A stretch of 63,199 nt of DNA, filler included, from Atractiella rhizophila (lineage: Eukaryota), in the NCBI GenBank assembly GCA_021432655.1. It is 6 parts of 6 records of this genome, joined end to end, with 100 filler letters (N's around TTAATTAATTAA, not from the genome) between each part and the next. Parts side by side here need not be neighbours in the genome. Positions count along the whole stretch, not along the records: positions 49,178 to 56,483 come from MU271944.1; positions 56,584 to 61,719 come from MU271947.1; positions 61,820 to 63,199 come from MU272010.1; 3 more parts are not named here. One strand, written 5' to 3'. Positions within the stretch are counted from its first letter, which is position 1. The number at the start of each line of letters is the position of its first letter. Positions 51,460 through 63,199 of the stretch are shown here, piece by piece. Below the pieces are notes generated by a model. It worked only from the letters and a program-made list of their open reading frames with translations, was not told where the DNA came from and searched no databases. The translations under genes and the position numbers were made by a program.

Positions 51460-53657
51460 TTACCCTTCTCCCAAACCAGTCAACACAGTCCAAACCCGCT
51501 CATTCCACGTCTTTTCCATCCTGTCCATTCCTATCTCTATCCACCCATCCGCTCCGTGCAGCGTACTGCTTCTCTTCCCCAGCCGCAACACAACGCCGCC
51601 ATTCGGGTTCTTCCCAACTGTGCGAGGGACGACATCGCCTTCCTCTGCTGAGACGATGATGGATACGGATGTGGGAGTAGAGGTGGGAGGTGGAGTATTG
51701 TTGAGGTCGACGAGTTCGACTCGAGCTTCGGAAGCAGAGAGATTGGGAGGTGGGACGCGAAGGGTAGGAAGGAGATGTTGAGACGAGAAAGCAGGGTCGC
51801 AATCGTAAACGAATACCTTCTTGATGCCCGCCATTTCAATCGCGACAAGGGCATCGCTATATGCTTTCCCGGAGCATTTCGTGATTAGCGCGACTGTACG
51901 AGACGTTACCGCATTGATGGGAGATAAGTTCTCGGTGATGGTTTTGGAGAGGCAGGAGGCGAAAACATTGTGCGATGTCGATGACGACGAGGTCGGCAAG
52001 CGAGTGATGACGTCGCAGAGGGAAGTGGAGCTGGATGCATCCGATGCAGGAGGCGGGAAGAAATTTAACACTGCACCTGCGAAGGAGGAAGAGGAAAGAG
52101 CAGTTTGGATGGTTTCGACGTCTGAACATTCGAACCGGATGTGAAGGTTGAGTGAATCCGCCTTTTCCTGTAACTCTCTTCGCCATTCTAGACTATGTCC
52201 AGACAAGAAAACCGTGCGCATCACTTTCAAGCCAGCAAGAAAGAGAGATTCTTGGATCTGTGAGAAAGTGAGATCTCCATCGTCATCGAATATTGATGAT
52301 GCGGAAATTGGAGTGAGAAGGGTGTTGAAAGTGCGAGACAGCTGTCCTATTCTCTCTGTATTATAAGCGATGACAGGTTTGTGTCCGTCCATCCCCATCC
52401 CCATACCAACATCATTAAGAGAACCCCTCAACCGTTCCAGGTCTAAATTATCTTCCATCCGGTGAGCTTTCCTGACCAACCGAATGATCGAGATATCAAT
52501 TTGTTGAGCTAAGTCGAGACTTGGTTGGACGTTTTTAATACACCACGGAGTCGTCTGGTTCAAATCGATATCCGTCCCGATAAGATGTGTAGTTCCCCTC
52601 GAGCGAGCCAGCCTCTCCAGCTCGTCCGCTCCCAGTCTCAGCTCGACATCAACAAACTCGCAGCCTATCTCAACTCCAAGGCGTAGGAGATCAAGGTATC
52701 TCTCCTTCCAAGTGGCGTCCTTCATGAAATCTGGAAAGCTCCCTCCTCCCAACACTGTCCGGACCGTAAAGATGATAGGCAACGTAGTGACGCTCCGTAT
52801 CTTGGATATAGATCGGGCCACAAAATCCCTACCCTTCTCTCTCTCTTCCGATGACAACAGTTCACTCTTCACCAGGTCTATTCGCACTTCAATCACATTC
52901 GCACCCGTCGTGTCCTCTTTCCGCAGCGTAGTGGGATCTTCCTCACAAAGTTGCAGCGCGTATGTTCTTCGCTCAGAATCTGATGCGTAAGAGAGAAAAT
53001 CAAGCCGTTGGGAGTGAGGAGATGACGGTGTGGACTGTAGGATGAAATGGAGAAAACGCAGAAAGGAGGTTTCAAGCGGCTTGAGAACCATGGAGGGTGG
53101 GGTTTGAGGGGATCGCAGTGCAGTGAGGCTGAAATAGGTATGTGTGGAGCAGGCAGAGAAGAAGGGAGTGCGTCTTTCCCAAACTGATCGGATATGTTCG
53201 TCCCACAACGGTCTATCGCCGGCATTTGTTAACGACCGACCAACCAACAAGACGCAACTAGAAGGACCAACCTGGTCTTTTCGCTTACTAAATACTTGAC
53301 AACTTCTCCTTCGTCCCTCCGCACGTGGATAACCGTCCCACCACTCCTCCCAAATTCCTTCAACAACTCTCTATTCCTCTCTCTCTCTACGACCCCACCT
53401 CCGCAAGCAACTACGTATCCTGTTCCACATTTGTCCAATAGACCCTCCAAGATTCCGGTCTCTTCATCCCTAAACCGTTCCCATCCATTCTCAGCAACGT
53501 ATGCTGAGATAGTCGTCTTATTCTTAGAGGAGAACAATGCATCCGCGTCAATGAACGGTCGAGAGAGGGAAGTGGCAGCGATCAACCCAAGCGTGGTCTT
53601 ACCCACTCCCCTCATTCCGATGAGGATCAAGCTGCGAGGTGAGGTGGGCGCGTCCAT
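51460..53657 (-). CDS. AROM-derived three-domain protein (shikimate kinase, type I dehydroquinase-like, degenerate shikimate dehydrogenase); QutR/QA-1S repressor-like
   Basis: LIGMRGVGKTT..GWERFRDEE..VVACGGGVVE; GANVIEVRIDL..LPIIFTVRT..GG.F..EFVDVEL; GQLSRTFNTLLTP. No DHQ synthase or EPSP synthase upstream of the ATG. Confidence 0.8.
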
Positions 53658-55262
53658 TCCAGATCTACGCTCTATATATCGAAGCCTATGGGAGTGCAAA
53701 TCAGTGGAATTATTGGTTGTGCACAAGAATCAAGATTCGAAGAACCACGGTGGAAATGAAGGCCCGCCAGTATTGAGGTTCGCACGCGAGGAATTCTGCT
53801 GCTTTAGGGATTAGGCAAACTATTCATGGTCCTACTTCTATTCCGAGACATAACGGAACCGTCGTCACACGGAATTGAATAACGACAAGGGTGATGAATC
53901 CCAAGCATTTCATGATGCTTAGGATAAAAGAAGCTCAAGATCTCGCAAGCAATTCCTTTAATGTGGTAAGAATTTGATGGGAAAAGTGAATGGAAAGAAT
54001 CTGGACAGTTTACACCACTCAGGACTCAGGCAGTCAGGTTAAACAAGAAATAACAATATGCTTTCGCGCGAGTTGTCAAAAACGAAGCAGAAATCAAATC
54101 TCACACCTTGCGCGGTGATGATCCTGATGAAGGGACTCGGAGGGTACACAAGGACGATAAACTGAATTGATTTGCAAGGGCATAAGGTGCTTCAAGAAAT
54201 CTTGTCGATAATACACACAAATTTTAAGACAATGACATCCACTTGACAGCAGTTACTGAAAATTGTGATAACACATGATATTGAACCGTGAAATGGCACT
54301 GAAGCAGAAGTTCGCACATCCACATCCAGTGTTCAAGTTGACAGTACAAGAAGAGAAAAAGCTGCTCACAATTCACTTGTCAATTGATGCCAAGCTACGT
54401 CCACTTCAGCCCTTCTTCCACAGCAAATACAACACGCAGATGTACCATAAGCTGTCACGTGCCAAATGGTTTATATCAGGACTAGACTACGGGGAAGACG
54501 TCTCCTCCAAGAACTCTGAGGGAGAGGAGTGATTGATGAAAATGACCGAGCGTGGAAACTCAAGGTACCTACGTAAACGTGAGTGTATGATGCGGTGCAG
54601 CTGAAATATTTGTCCGTCTGGGAAAAGTCAGGCCGACAGAATGCTGCTTGTTCCCTTTCTTTTGAGAATTTTGACTTTGTGGGCTACTCTGTTTCAGTGC
54701 TTCCAGTACTTGGGCAAGTAGTTTGCAGTAATAGTCCTCAATGTTCATTGATATTCTTTTCCTTTAGAGGAGAACTTTGAGGTTGTCAAGGTTGCAGACT
54801 AGCTCAAAGACACCCATCTCATCTTTCCAACCCAAGTCTTTCTTATGATCCTTCTCACGCCTACCTCGTAGCCGCGCCGAGGCGGCTTGTGATCGAAATC
54901 CATTACTGCGAACCAATGCGTTGTGAACGATAGCAGCGGCGAAGTCACCCAAAATTAGGTCTCCCGCTCCCCAAGTTTCTGAACTCGATGTCCGTAAAGA
55001 CGAAGAAGTGCTCCTTCAAAGTCCTTCAACCTGGATTGGTTGATGCCTCGGTGCGAGTCAAGATAGGGGCAACAAATTACGGGAAGCTCCATCGTTCCAT
55101 TTTCATCTTGTCCATAGATAGTCCCATGACCGTGGCTGGAACTTCTGTGCCAAATTGGGACAGCCAAGATGAGCAGCAGCAACAGCAGCATATAAATATG
55201 ACGCGCTCTTGAGTCGTCCTGTTTCCCCTTTTCACTCCTCCCTTCTTTCGCACCGCTTTACC

Positions 55263-56483
55263 ATGGCAATCGCATCACACGCTCCCCAATCAAGTCGAAA
55301 AGGATATCTGCTTTCTGCTCTCGCCCTCTCTTTTCTCTCACTCGCTTCGACTGTAGACGCAGCACTTCATGAACCTGATGGGAACCAGGTGCTTTTCGGG
55401 GTGTGGATCAATCCTGCGGCTGGTACGCCCGTCCTTTCTTGCTCACAGTTTCTCTGAAATCTCAACTTGTAGGCTACTCCGATACCCCTGCTTGGTTCAA
55501 CGAGCGCCTTGGCTTGTTAGTATCCTGACTATTCTCCTCACCAGTGTTTTGACCACCAAGCAGGAATGTTCCGGTCTTTCAACTCTCCCAGCCCATCCCC
55601 CGGCCCGCCTATGTTCGTACTCTCCATGTGCCGCCGATTGAAAGGAATTTAATGCAGGGACGTATGTGCGTAGGACTACGTTACAGGAGCGGGAGGGCCA
55701 GCACCCGAAGGGTTGATCGAACAAAGTGGAACTGATGCTGTGCGTTCCTTTGTTCCATTGCCTGGTCGAACTTCGGAATTGACATATGTTAGGCAGGCTG
55801 TCTTTCTCACTGTTTACCCCACCAGTTTGGATGCTGTGACGGAGGATGACATGAACATTTTAGCACAGCAGATAGCTGATTGTCAGTTTCTTTCCAGTCA
55901 CTTATTCAATATTAACGCAAGCCTCCTCTAGATCAGAACCGGACAGTTTTCGTGAGATATGGACCCGAAATGCAGGGAAATTGGTTTGCGTATGCCGCAT
56001 TACTTCAATTGTTGAGCGGCAAAGGTGAAGGTGTTCTATGTGAACAGGTATGGGCGGAAACCGACCGAATATATAGCCCAATGGAAACAGGTACGGAGCA
56101 TGTGTGACCGATTTTGCAGAGTTAAGTTTAAGACGCTGTTTACAGGTGTATACCGTCTTGAAAGCGAAAGTGCCAGATGTTATTATGTATGCCCATCTGT
56201 TTTTGCTTGTGATACAAACGGACGCTAACGTGGATGCCATGCAGGGTGTGGGCACCTAACACTGGACAAGGGTATGATTTCTTTCCTTCTTGAAGTCACA
56301 CTTTTACAATATCCACCGTAGCTATCCTTACGATACGGACACAAGCGATATTACAGCCGCCGACCTTACCGTATTGGATACGAACCAGAACGGGCAATTA
56401 GATGACGGCGATGATCCTTACAGTCCTTACTTCCCAGGAGAGGATTACGTGGATTGGGCGGGATTGTCCATCTGTGCGTCCCT
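55263..56483 (+). CDS. Secreted GH26-like glycoside hydrolase, 3' end cut by contig end
   Basis: Hydrophobic signal peptide; FVRYGPEMQGNW (acid/base Glu), YG..PTEYIAQW, VWAPN, DPYSPYFPGEDYVDWAGLSI. Confidence 0.8.
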
Positions 56484-56583
56484 NNNNNNNNNNNNNNNNN
56501 NNNNNNNNNNNNNNNNNNNNNNNNNNNTTAATTAATTAANNNNNNNNNNNNNNNNNNNNNNNNNNNNNNNNNNNNNNNNNNNN
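56484..56583. other. Artificial contig linker
   Basis: N44-TTAATTAATTAA-N44. Confidence 0.98.
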
Positions 56584-57342
56584 ATGTCTATATGGGAGGG
56601 GAGGAGCCTCGGCTTGCTAGTTATGAAGAAAATCTTTACGCAGCTTGCCGATGAAATTCCTGCCCTTCTGAATCCTTCAAAGCGTCACCGTTGCCACGTT
56701 TGGAAACTGTTGCCAGGAAAAGTCTCTGCCGAAGCACAAAAGGATAATCCCAAATTAGTGGAGTAGGTGGCTCAAACACAGGATTTCCAAACCAATCTTT
56801 TGTGTTGAAGATCAGGGGATCATGTTGGATGATGAAGTCCAACTCCCTTGTTTGCTAAGTCAGGATGAGAACTGTGGCTGAACCACAACCAACTGCATCC
56901 ATGGATGAAACCCGGGCGATAAAAAAAAGCACAATAAAATCTTGTCAACAGCATCACAACGATTTGGCATTGCTGACTTTGTGGGCCAGTTTGTGGCCTT
57001 GACGCTCGCTGCGAGGCCTAATTCGGGCCTATGCCCTTTCTTCCACAGCAATGTGATCTGCGGCGCAAGGTGCAGAACACGGTTTACCTAGAGACACCCT
57101 CTCTTCGCTTCTCGCAGTGGAGCCGAATCCCACAGCTTAGCTACAATTAATGAAAGAATATACGAGAGTAGTCTAGTCACAGAGGACATTGCAAACCAAA
57201 GAGAGATGATGGACAAACTATAAGAATTAAACACGCAGTAAAGTCACGTGAAAATGGGCAAGAAGGCCGGAAGCTGGTGGCTTTTGTTTTTCTGGTTGCA
57301 AGTCTTGCGAAACTTGGACTTTATTGGTGGGTAAGGATCAAA

Positions 57343-58261
57343 ATGGGTGGTACGTTTCTCCATTTACTGATTTCTGAAGATTTAGAGATGTTTAGCCTAC
57401 AAATATATTTCGGAACTGCAGAAGAAGAAGCAGTCCGATGTTCTTCGGTTTTTGCTCAGGGTTAGGTGTTGGGAGTATAGGCAGTTAAATGTTATCCACC
57501 GTGCCACGCGGCCGTCTAGGCCAGACAAGGCCAGGAGGCTAGGGTACAAAGTGAGCTGTCTCCTTTGATGATCAAGAAGGAGGTTTACGGGTATTGTTGA
57601 TGGTGAAAGGCCAAGCAAGGTTACTTGATCTATCGTGTGAGGGTTAGGCGAGGCAACAGGAAGAGACAAGCCGCAAAGGGTCAGTCTTGACCCTGCGTTT
57701 CAGGTGTAGAGGTGCTCACAAGTTGAGTTACCAGGTGCCACCTACGGAAAGCCCACCAACCAGGGTGTTTCCCAACTCAAATTTCAACGATCCCTGCGAT
57801 CCGTCGCAGAAGAGCGTGTTGCAAGACGATGCGGTGGTCTGCGCGTCCTCAACTCGTACTGGATTAATCAGGTCAGTTCCCCCTGCCCCTGCTCTCATGA
57901 TGCAAAGTTCATTCTGTGTGACAGGATGGCGTATACAAATACTTCGAAGTCATCCTAGTCGACCCCCAGCACAAGGCCGTCAGACGTGATGCCAAGATCA
58001 ACTGGATTTGCGACCCGGTCCACAAGAGGAGGGAAACAAGGGGCCTTACTTCGGCGGGACGACAGGTGACCTACTTTGAACCTGTAAACTTCTCACTGAC
58101 AGATGCATAGAACCGTGGCATTGGCAAAGGTCACAGGCACAATCATCAACCCAAAAACGCTACCTGGAGAAGGCACAACACGTACGTCGTTTGCCAGTCG
58201 TCTCCTGGTCTCAGCTCACTATCTGATTGGGAACAGTCTCTCGCTGCGTCGTTACCGATAA
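57343..58261 (+). CDS. RPL15: 60S ribosomal protein eL15 (seven exons; absent from ORF track)
   Basis: [87 protein letters not shown]. Confidence 0.97.
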
Positions 58262-58754
58262 ATCCTTCGATTCCAGCCCTGTTCCTCCTCTATGCGTTCT
58301 ATGTCATATTCTTCTCTATGGCCAAATGAAATGCATTTCACTGTGCACAACCATTTGCTTAGCGGAGAAGCTTGGATAATACTCCACTCTCCCTCTCCCT
58401 CTCCGTCTCAAGGAACCTCCCATAGCCCTTGCTCGCCCACTGGTGCTGGTTAGCTCAATATTGGAATCTTCCTTCTCGCCTATATGTCTTTGCGCCGGCT
58501 CGATCTACAGTGAAGAAAACAACACTATTGCATATGTAGTTGCGGACGAATAACATGCTGGATACCTAAAGTCTGTGATGAACATACGAGGCTGACATGT
58601 TGCCCGATAATACAGAATGCTAGAACAGAAATATCGATGAAAAAGACCAAGCTTCAACCGAGTGCAGCTGAGAGAACCGATTGTGGGAAATAAACGTACA
58701 ACGGCGTCGTTGGTGCCGAACAGAGAAAGTCGAAATGAAAACTGTAAGACGGAG

Positions 58755-59603
58755 TTAATGCTGCCTGGGAGGTTCCCTTGAAGTCTCTTGAGCCTGCTGC
58801 CATTGCTTTGCTAAAAACTCGAACCCGACAGTTTCGGTGTCAGTCCTTTGTATCCGAGGTTGTTCAGAACCGAGGAGAGCTTTGGGGAGAACGCTATCGA
58901 CGCAGTAGTGGACGTGAGAATGAATTTGTACGTCTTGTGCCAATTGGGTCATGCCTGCCTTTTCATTGTCCTCTTCGGCGGTACCACCAAGGTTCATCCA
59001 GGCAAATTTGGTTCTTGTGGATGACATTTTCCATTCTTCGTCCTCTTCTAACAAACACAGGTTGATGTCTCGTGCCCAGCTGCCATGATCCTTCGCTAGC
59101 CTGTGCGGCGCTTGGACATGACGAATAGGGGGCAACACATTTGGATCAGCGAAGCTCCAATAACTCGCCCGTTCATCTTCCAGAAGCTTTTCTTCAGGCT
59201 TCAGACTGTTATATGTGCGGTCGGCCACTTTTTCGTAAAAGTTGGCTACCTCGTCAGTCTCAGAATCTAGATATTCTTCTGGGTCGTCTTCTGGTTTATT
59301 TCGGGCTGTTGTCTTCGTCTTGCGTGGTGACCTAAGCACGCCAGAGGAGGAAGGTGCCGGTGCAATTGCAATTGACTTATTGGAAGGAGATTCCGTGGTA
59401 CAATGTGGAACCACGAGTGGAGGAGTCGTGCAGACGTATCCTAAGCAGGTATTGAAGCTTGGAGGTGCGGGAATACCCTCCACCCTGCGCGGTACTCGTT
59501 TCCAGATTGGATGAACAGGGTCTGGTGGTGTATCTTCACGAGGCATTGCCGGCGGTGTAAGAGGAGAGTTTGGCGGTATTTTACTCTGTTGTAGGTTGGA
59601 CAC
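58755..59603 (-). CDS. Hypothetical protein (last large exon; upstream exons likely)
   Basis: 282-codon ORF, Pro-rich then acidic; no family recognised. Confidence 0.4.
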   Translation of the reverse strand: MSNLQQSKIPPNSPLTPPAMPREDTPPDPVHPIWKRVPRRVEGIPAPPSFNTCLGYVCTTPPLVVPHCTTESPSNKSIAIAPAPSSSGVLRSPRKTKTTARNKPEDDPEEYLDSETDEVANFYEKVADRTYNSLKPEEKLLEDERASYWSFADPNVLPPIRHVQAPHRLAKDHGSWARDINLCLLEEDEEWKMSSTRTKFAWMNLGGTAEEDNEKAGMTQLAQDVQIHSHVHYCVDSVLPKALLGSEQPRIQRTDTETVGFEFLAKQWQQAQETSREPPRQH

Positions 59604-60639
59604 AGAGGCCCGGTTCCGATGGTTTAGTCGAGGCGCATCCTGCTATGAAATAAAAATGCGTGTCTTATCATGGCGGACAGACATTACCTCGTTACCCTTG
59701 ATGTTGAACGCGAACGCATAGAAGATCGAGTCCTTGGAGCAATGAGATGACAGAGTGGATGACGAGAAGCAAAGGTACATACTGTGCTCTCGCCATCATC
59801 TTGATGCGCGCCGGTCATCACCTGACGGCTCTTTGGTTGTCTACGGATTTTCTTGATTGTTGGCTATCTTCTGGCGTTAAAGAGCAACAGTTCCACATCA
59901 CAGAACACACCTCATCATCACTTGACAAGGTCAAGTCCACAATTCCACCCCTTGATCTCTTTTGTGCCTTTCATCCACAGTTCATGTCTCTTTCCCTACA
60001 AATGAGCTATGAATGGGAGAACACACCTTTGGAGTTTCCATCTCTTCAAAATGCCTCACAAGGAGTTCTTGGGAGTCTGCTTTCTCAAGACCAATACCAC
60101 TATGCAACAAGTCAGGTGACAAAAATGATGGTGCAAACGGCCCCATATTAGACATTCCTGCTCTTGAAAGTAAGAGCACAGATTATGACATCATGGTCCT
60201 GCTTTGTGTTCAGAAAGAAGTTAGAGGTTGAGCCTTTATATATATCAGATGTAAAGGCTGTGAAAGATCCAGTTCTGAGCTAAACTTTATTTCAAAGAAG
60301 AAGAGTTGTAGGCGTCAGTGTGGCGAGGAAACAAAATGACGAACAGAGCCTGAGCACCACCTTGAAATGTGAATTGTGATGGCCATGAAGGTGCATAAGC
60401 ACAGGGAACAAAGATATTAGTCCCCTAGGAACTCAATTCCTTCGTTGGATGTTGTTTCTGAACCATGGAGCAGCTACAACAATAAAAAAGAACACTGGCT
60501 TGTTAAGAAGTTGGAAAGAAAAGAAAATTTGCAACCTTCCCGCTCCGGTGCAAGAGGTGTGAAAAATGTAATATTAACACGTGACTTTGCACATAGTCTT
60601 CAGTTGAGCCGTTGGTCTTCTCCATACTAGAAAGATATA

Positions 60640-61719
<1,080 letters not shown>

Positions 61720-61819
61720 NNNNNNNNNNNNNNNNNNNNNNNNNNNNNNNNNNNNNNNNNNNNTTAATTAATTAANNNNNNNNNNNNNNNNNNNNNNNNN
61801 NNNNNNNNNNNNNNNNNNN
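61720..61819. other. Artificial contig linker
   Basis: N44-TTAATTAATTAA-N44. Confidence 0.98.
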
Positions 61820-61850
61820 GTTCTGGATATGAACCCGCTTGCGGAACCAG

Positions 61851-62207
61851 TTTCCCAGAATAATTATCCCGAGACGATGGGCAAATTCTACATCATCAAC
61901 TCACCATACATTTTCCATTCGATCTGGTACGTTCACTTGCTCTTGCTAACCTTACATGTTACTTATGCCCTCATAAAGGGGCTGGATCAAACCGTGGCTA
62001 GACCCCGTCACGGTAGCGAAAATCACGATCCTCTCAACCGACTACAAGAAGACGCTTCTCGAGCAAATTCCGGAAGAGAACCTGCCCGTTTCTCTAGGAG
62101 GCACCTGTAACTGTGCTGGAGGGTGTATGTTGAGCGATGAGGGACCGTGGAAGGAAGAAGAAGCAAAGCAGAAAGCCACGCCAAAGGAAACGGCGAATGA
62201 GTCGTAA
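61851..62207 (+). CDS. SEC14: Sec14 phosphatidylinositol transfer protein (CRAL-TRIO), C-terminal exons
   Basis: [58 protein letters not shown]. Confidence 0.9.
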
Positions 62208-62438
62208 GGCTGGCAGAATCGATTGATTTTCGAACGGTTTGTAGAATCTAGGTTTGGAGGTAGAGAGGACGATTTGCATGTAACATAGTTGTTCTTGGGG
62301 ATGAATTGCATAGCAGTCATAATTCCTTGCTCGGTTCCTATTCTTAGCTTAACACTTGAGTCTTCTTTTTAAATTGCTTGTTTCAGGATTAGGAAATGAG
62401 ATTTGCATTGCATTGCAGGCGATTTACCATCCAACAGC

Positions 62439-63199
62439 TCAGTGACTTCCCTCCCTCTGTCGCTTAATCTCACTCAGTGCATTCTTGCCAGTGAACAGGG
62501 TAAGAATCGAGGTGACAGCAAATAAAGGTGCTGCTTGGAACAGATTGAGCGAAGTCCAATAAATGAAGATCGAGGCGTCCACGGAGAAGAGGGAGAGGAG
62601 GAAAGCGGTCGTTTTAGGTGTGATCGCTTTTCGCTTCACGAGGTTGATGTTGCTCGTCTATTATTAAGTCACTGCGTCAACGTCTCGCTCGCAGCATTTT
62701 CCATGAGAAGGGATGCGTACGAGAGCAGCGAATACGGCCCAGGGAGAGAGCACGACGAGAGACCAGAAGAGAGCAGTGATGGTCCACACGCTCTTCTCGG
62801 GCTCCCTGAAGGTCCAGCTCAATTCCGGCAGGGCAGCATACTTCTCGACCTCCCACTCGGTCGGCGTGCTGTCCTTCGCTCCAGCGAGCGCAGAAGAAAG
62901 GAGGTGGTCGTCTATCTTCAACTCGGCCAGGGTCGTTGAGGAGGCTTCTGAAGAGGAGAAGGAGCCGAGGACGAGGGAGAGGCTGCAGCGACCAGAAGGG
63001 AAGCGGGAGAGAAGGGCCGACGGCGGTTTCGACAGATCCTTCGTTCGCCCAGCACCACATCAACCGTGTGACAATGAACTAAAGCAGAGGACGTACGAGG
63101 TGGTAGCGTATCTTTCCACCTTTGCGCACCTTGAGCAGCGTGGAGTAATCGCTGCGGGAGTGTGCGTCGTGAAATATGAGCATGGCCTGATGGGGAGTG
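62439..63199 (-). CDS. SWP1: Oligosaccharyltransferase subunit Swp1/ribophorin II, C-terminal part
   Basis: YAALPELSWTFREPEK followed by three hydrophobic helices, YWTSLNLFQ and G.NAL. Confidence 0.8.

Noticed and set aside
58445..58510. GCTGGTTAGCTCAAT...GGCTCGATC, tRNA-like A and B boxes
   Set aside because: No cloverleaf or acceptor stem could be built.

Overview
Eukaryotic, intron-rich fungal DNA. Short ~50-60 nt GT-AG introns and the gene content suggest a basidiomycete; this is inference, not a database result. The window is not one locus: five artificial 100-bp linkers (44 N + TTAATTAATTAA + 44 N) join six pieces, so synteny can only be argued within a piece. Recognisable housekeeping genes are RPN6, RPB6, TAF1, CHZ1, VPS20, RPL15, ARP1, SEC14 and SWP1. 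Other genes include two F-box-like genes, an aldo-keto reductase / Zn2Cys6 / amidohydrolase trio, a PB1-domain protein, a C2H2 factor, a galactonate dehydratase, a GH26-like glycosidase, and an AROM-derived QutR-like pseudoenzyme beside a small Zn2Cys6 gene. The most interesting items are: (i) a Ty3/Gypsy element with a clear -1 ribosomal frameshift signal placed after the protease; (ii) the apparent replacement of that element's RT core by a host segment carrying the 3' halves of a Mit1/CHD-like remodeller and a frameshifted ATG6, plus an exact in-frame duplication of the integrase HHCC domain; (iii) an 815-nt TAF1 intron with end-to-end pairing, a possible pseudoknot and a possible cassette exon; (iv) the QutR-like protein. 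Exon boundaries were read by eye and are approximate.
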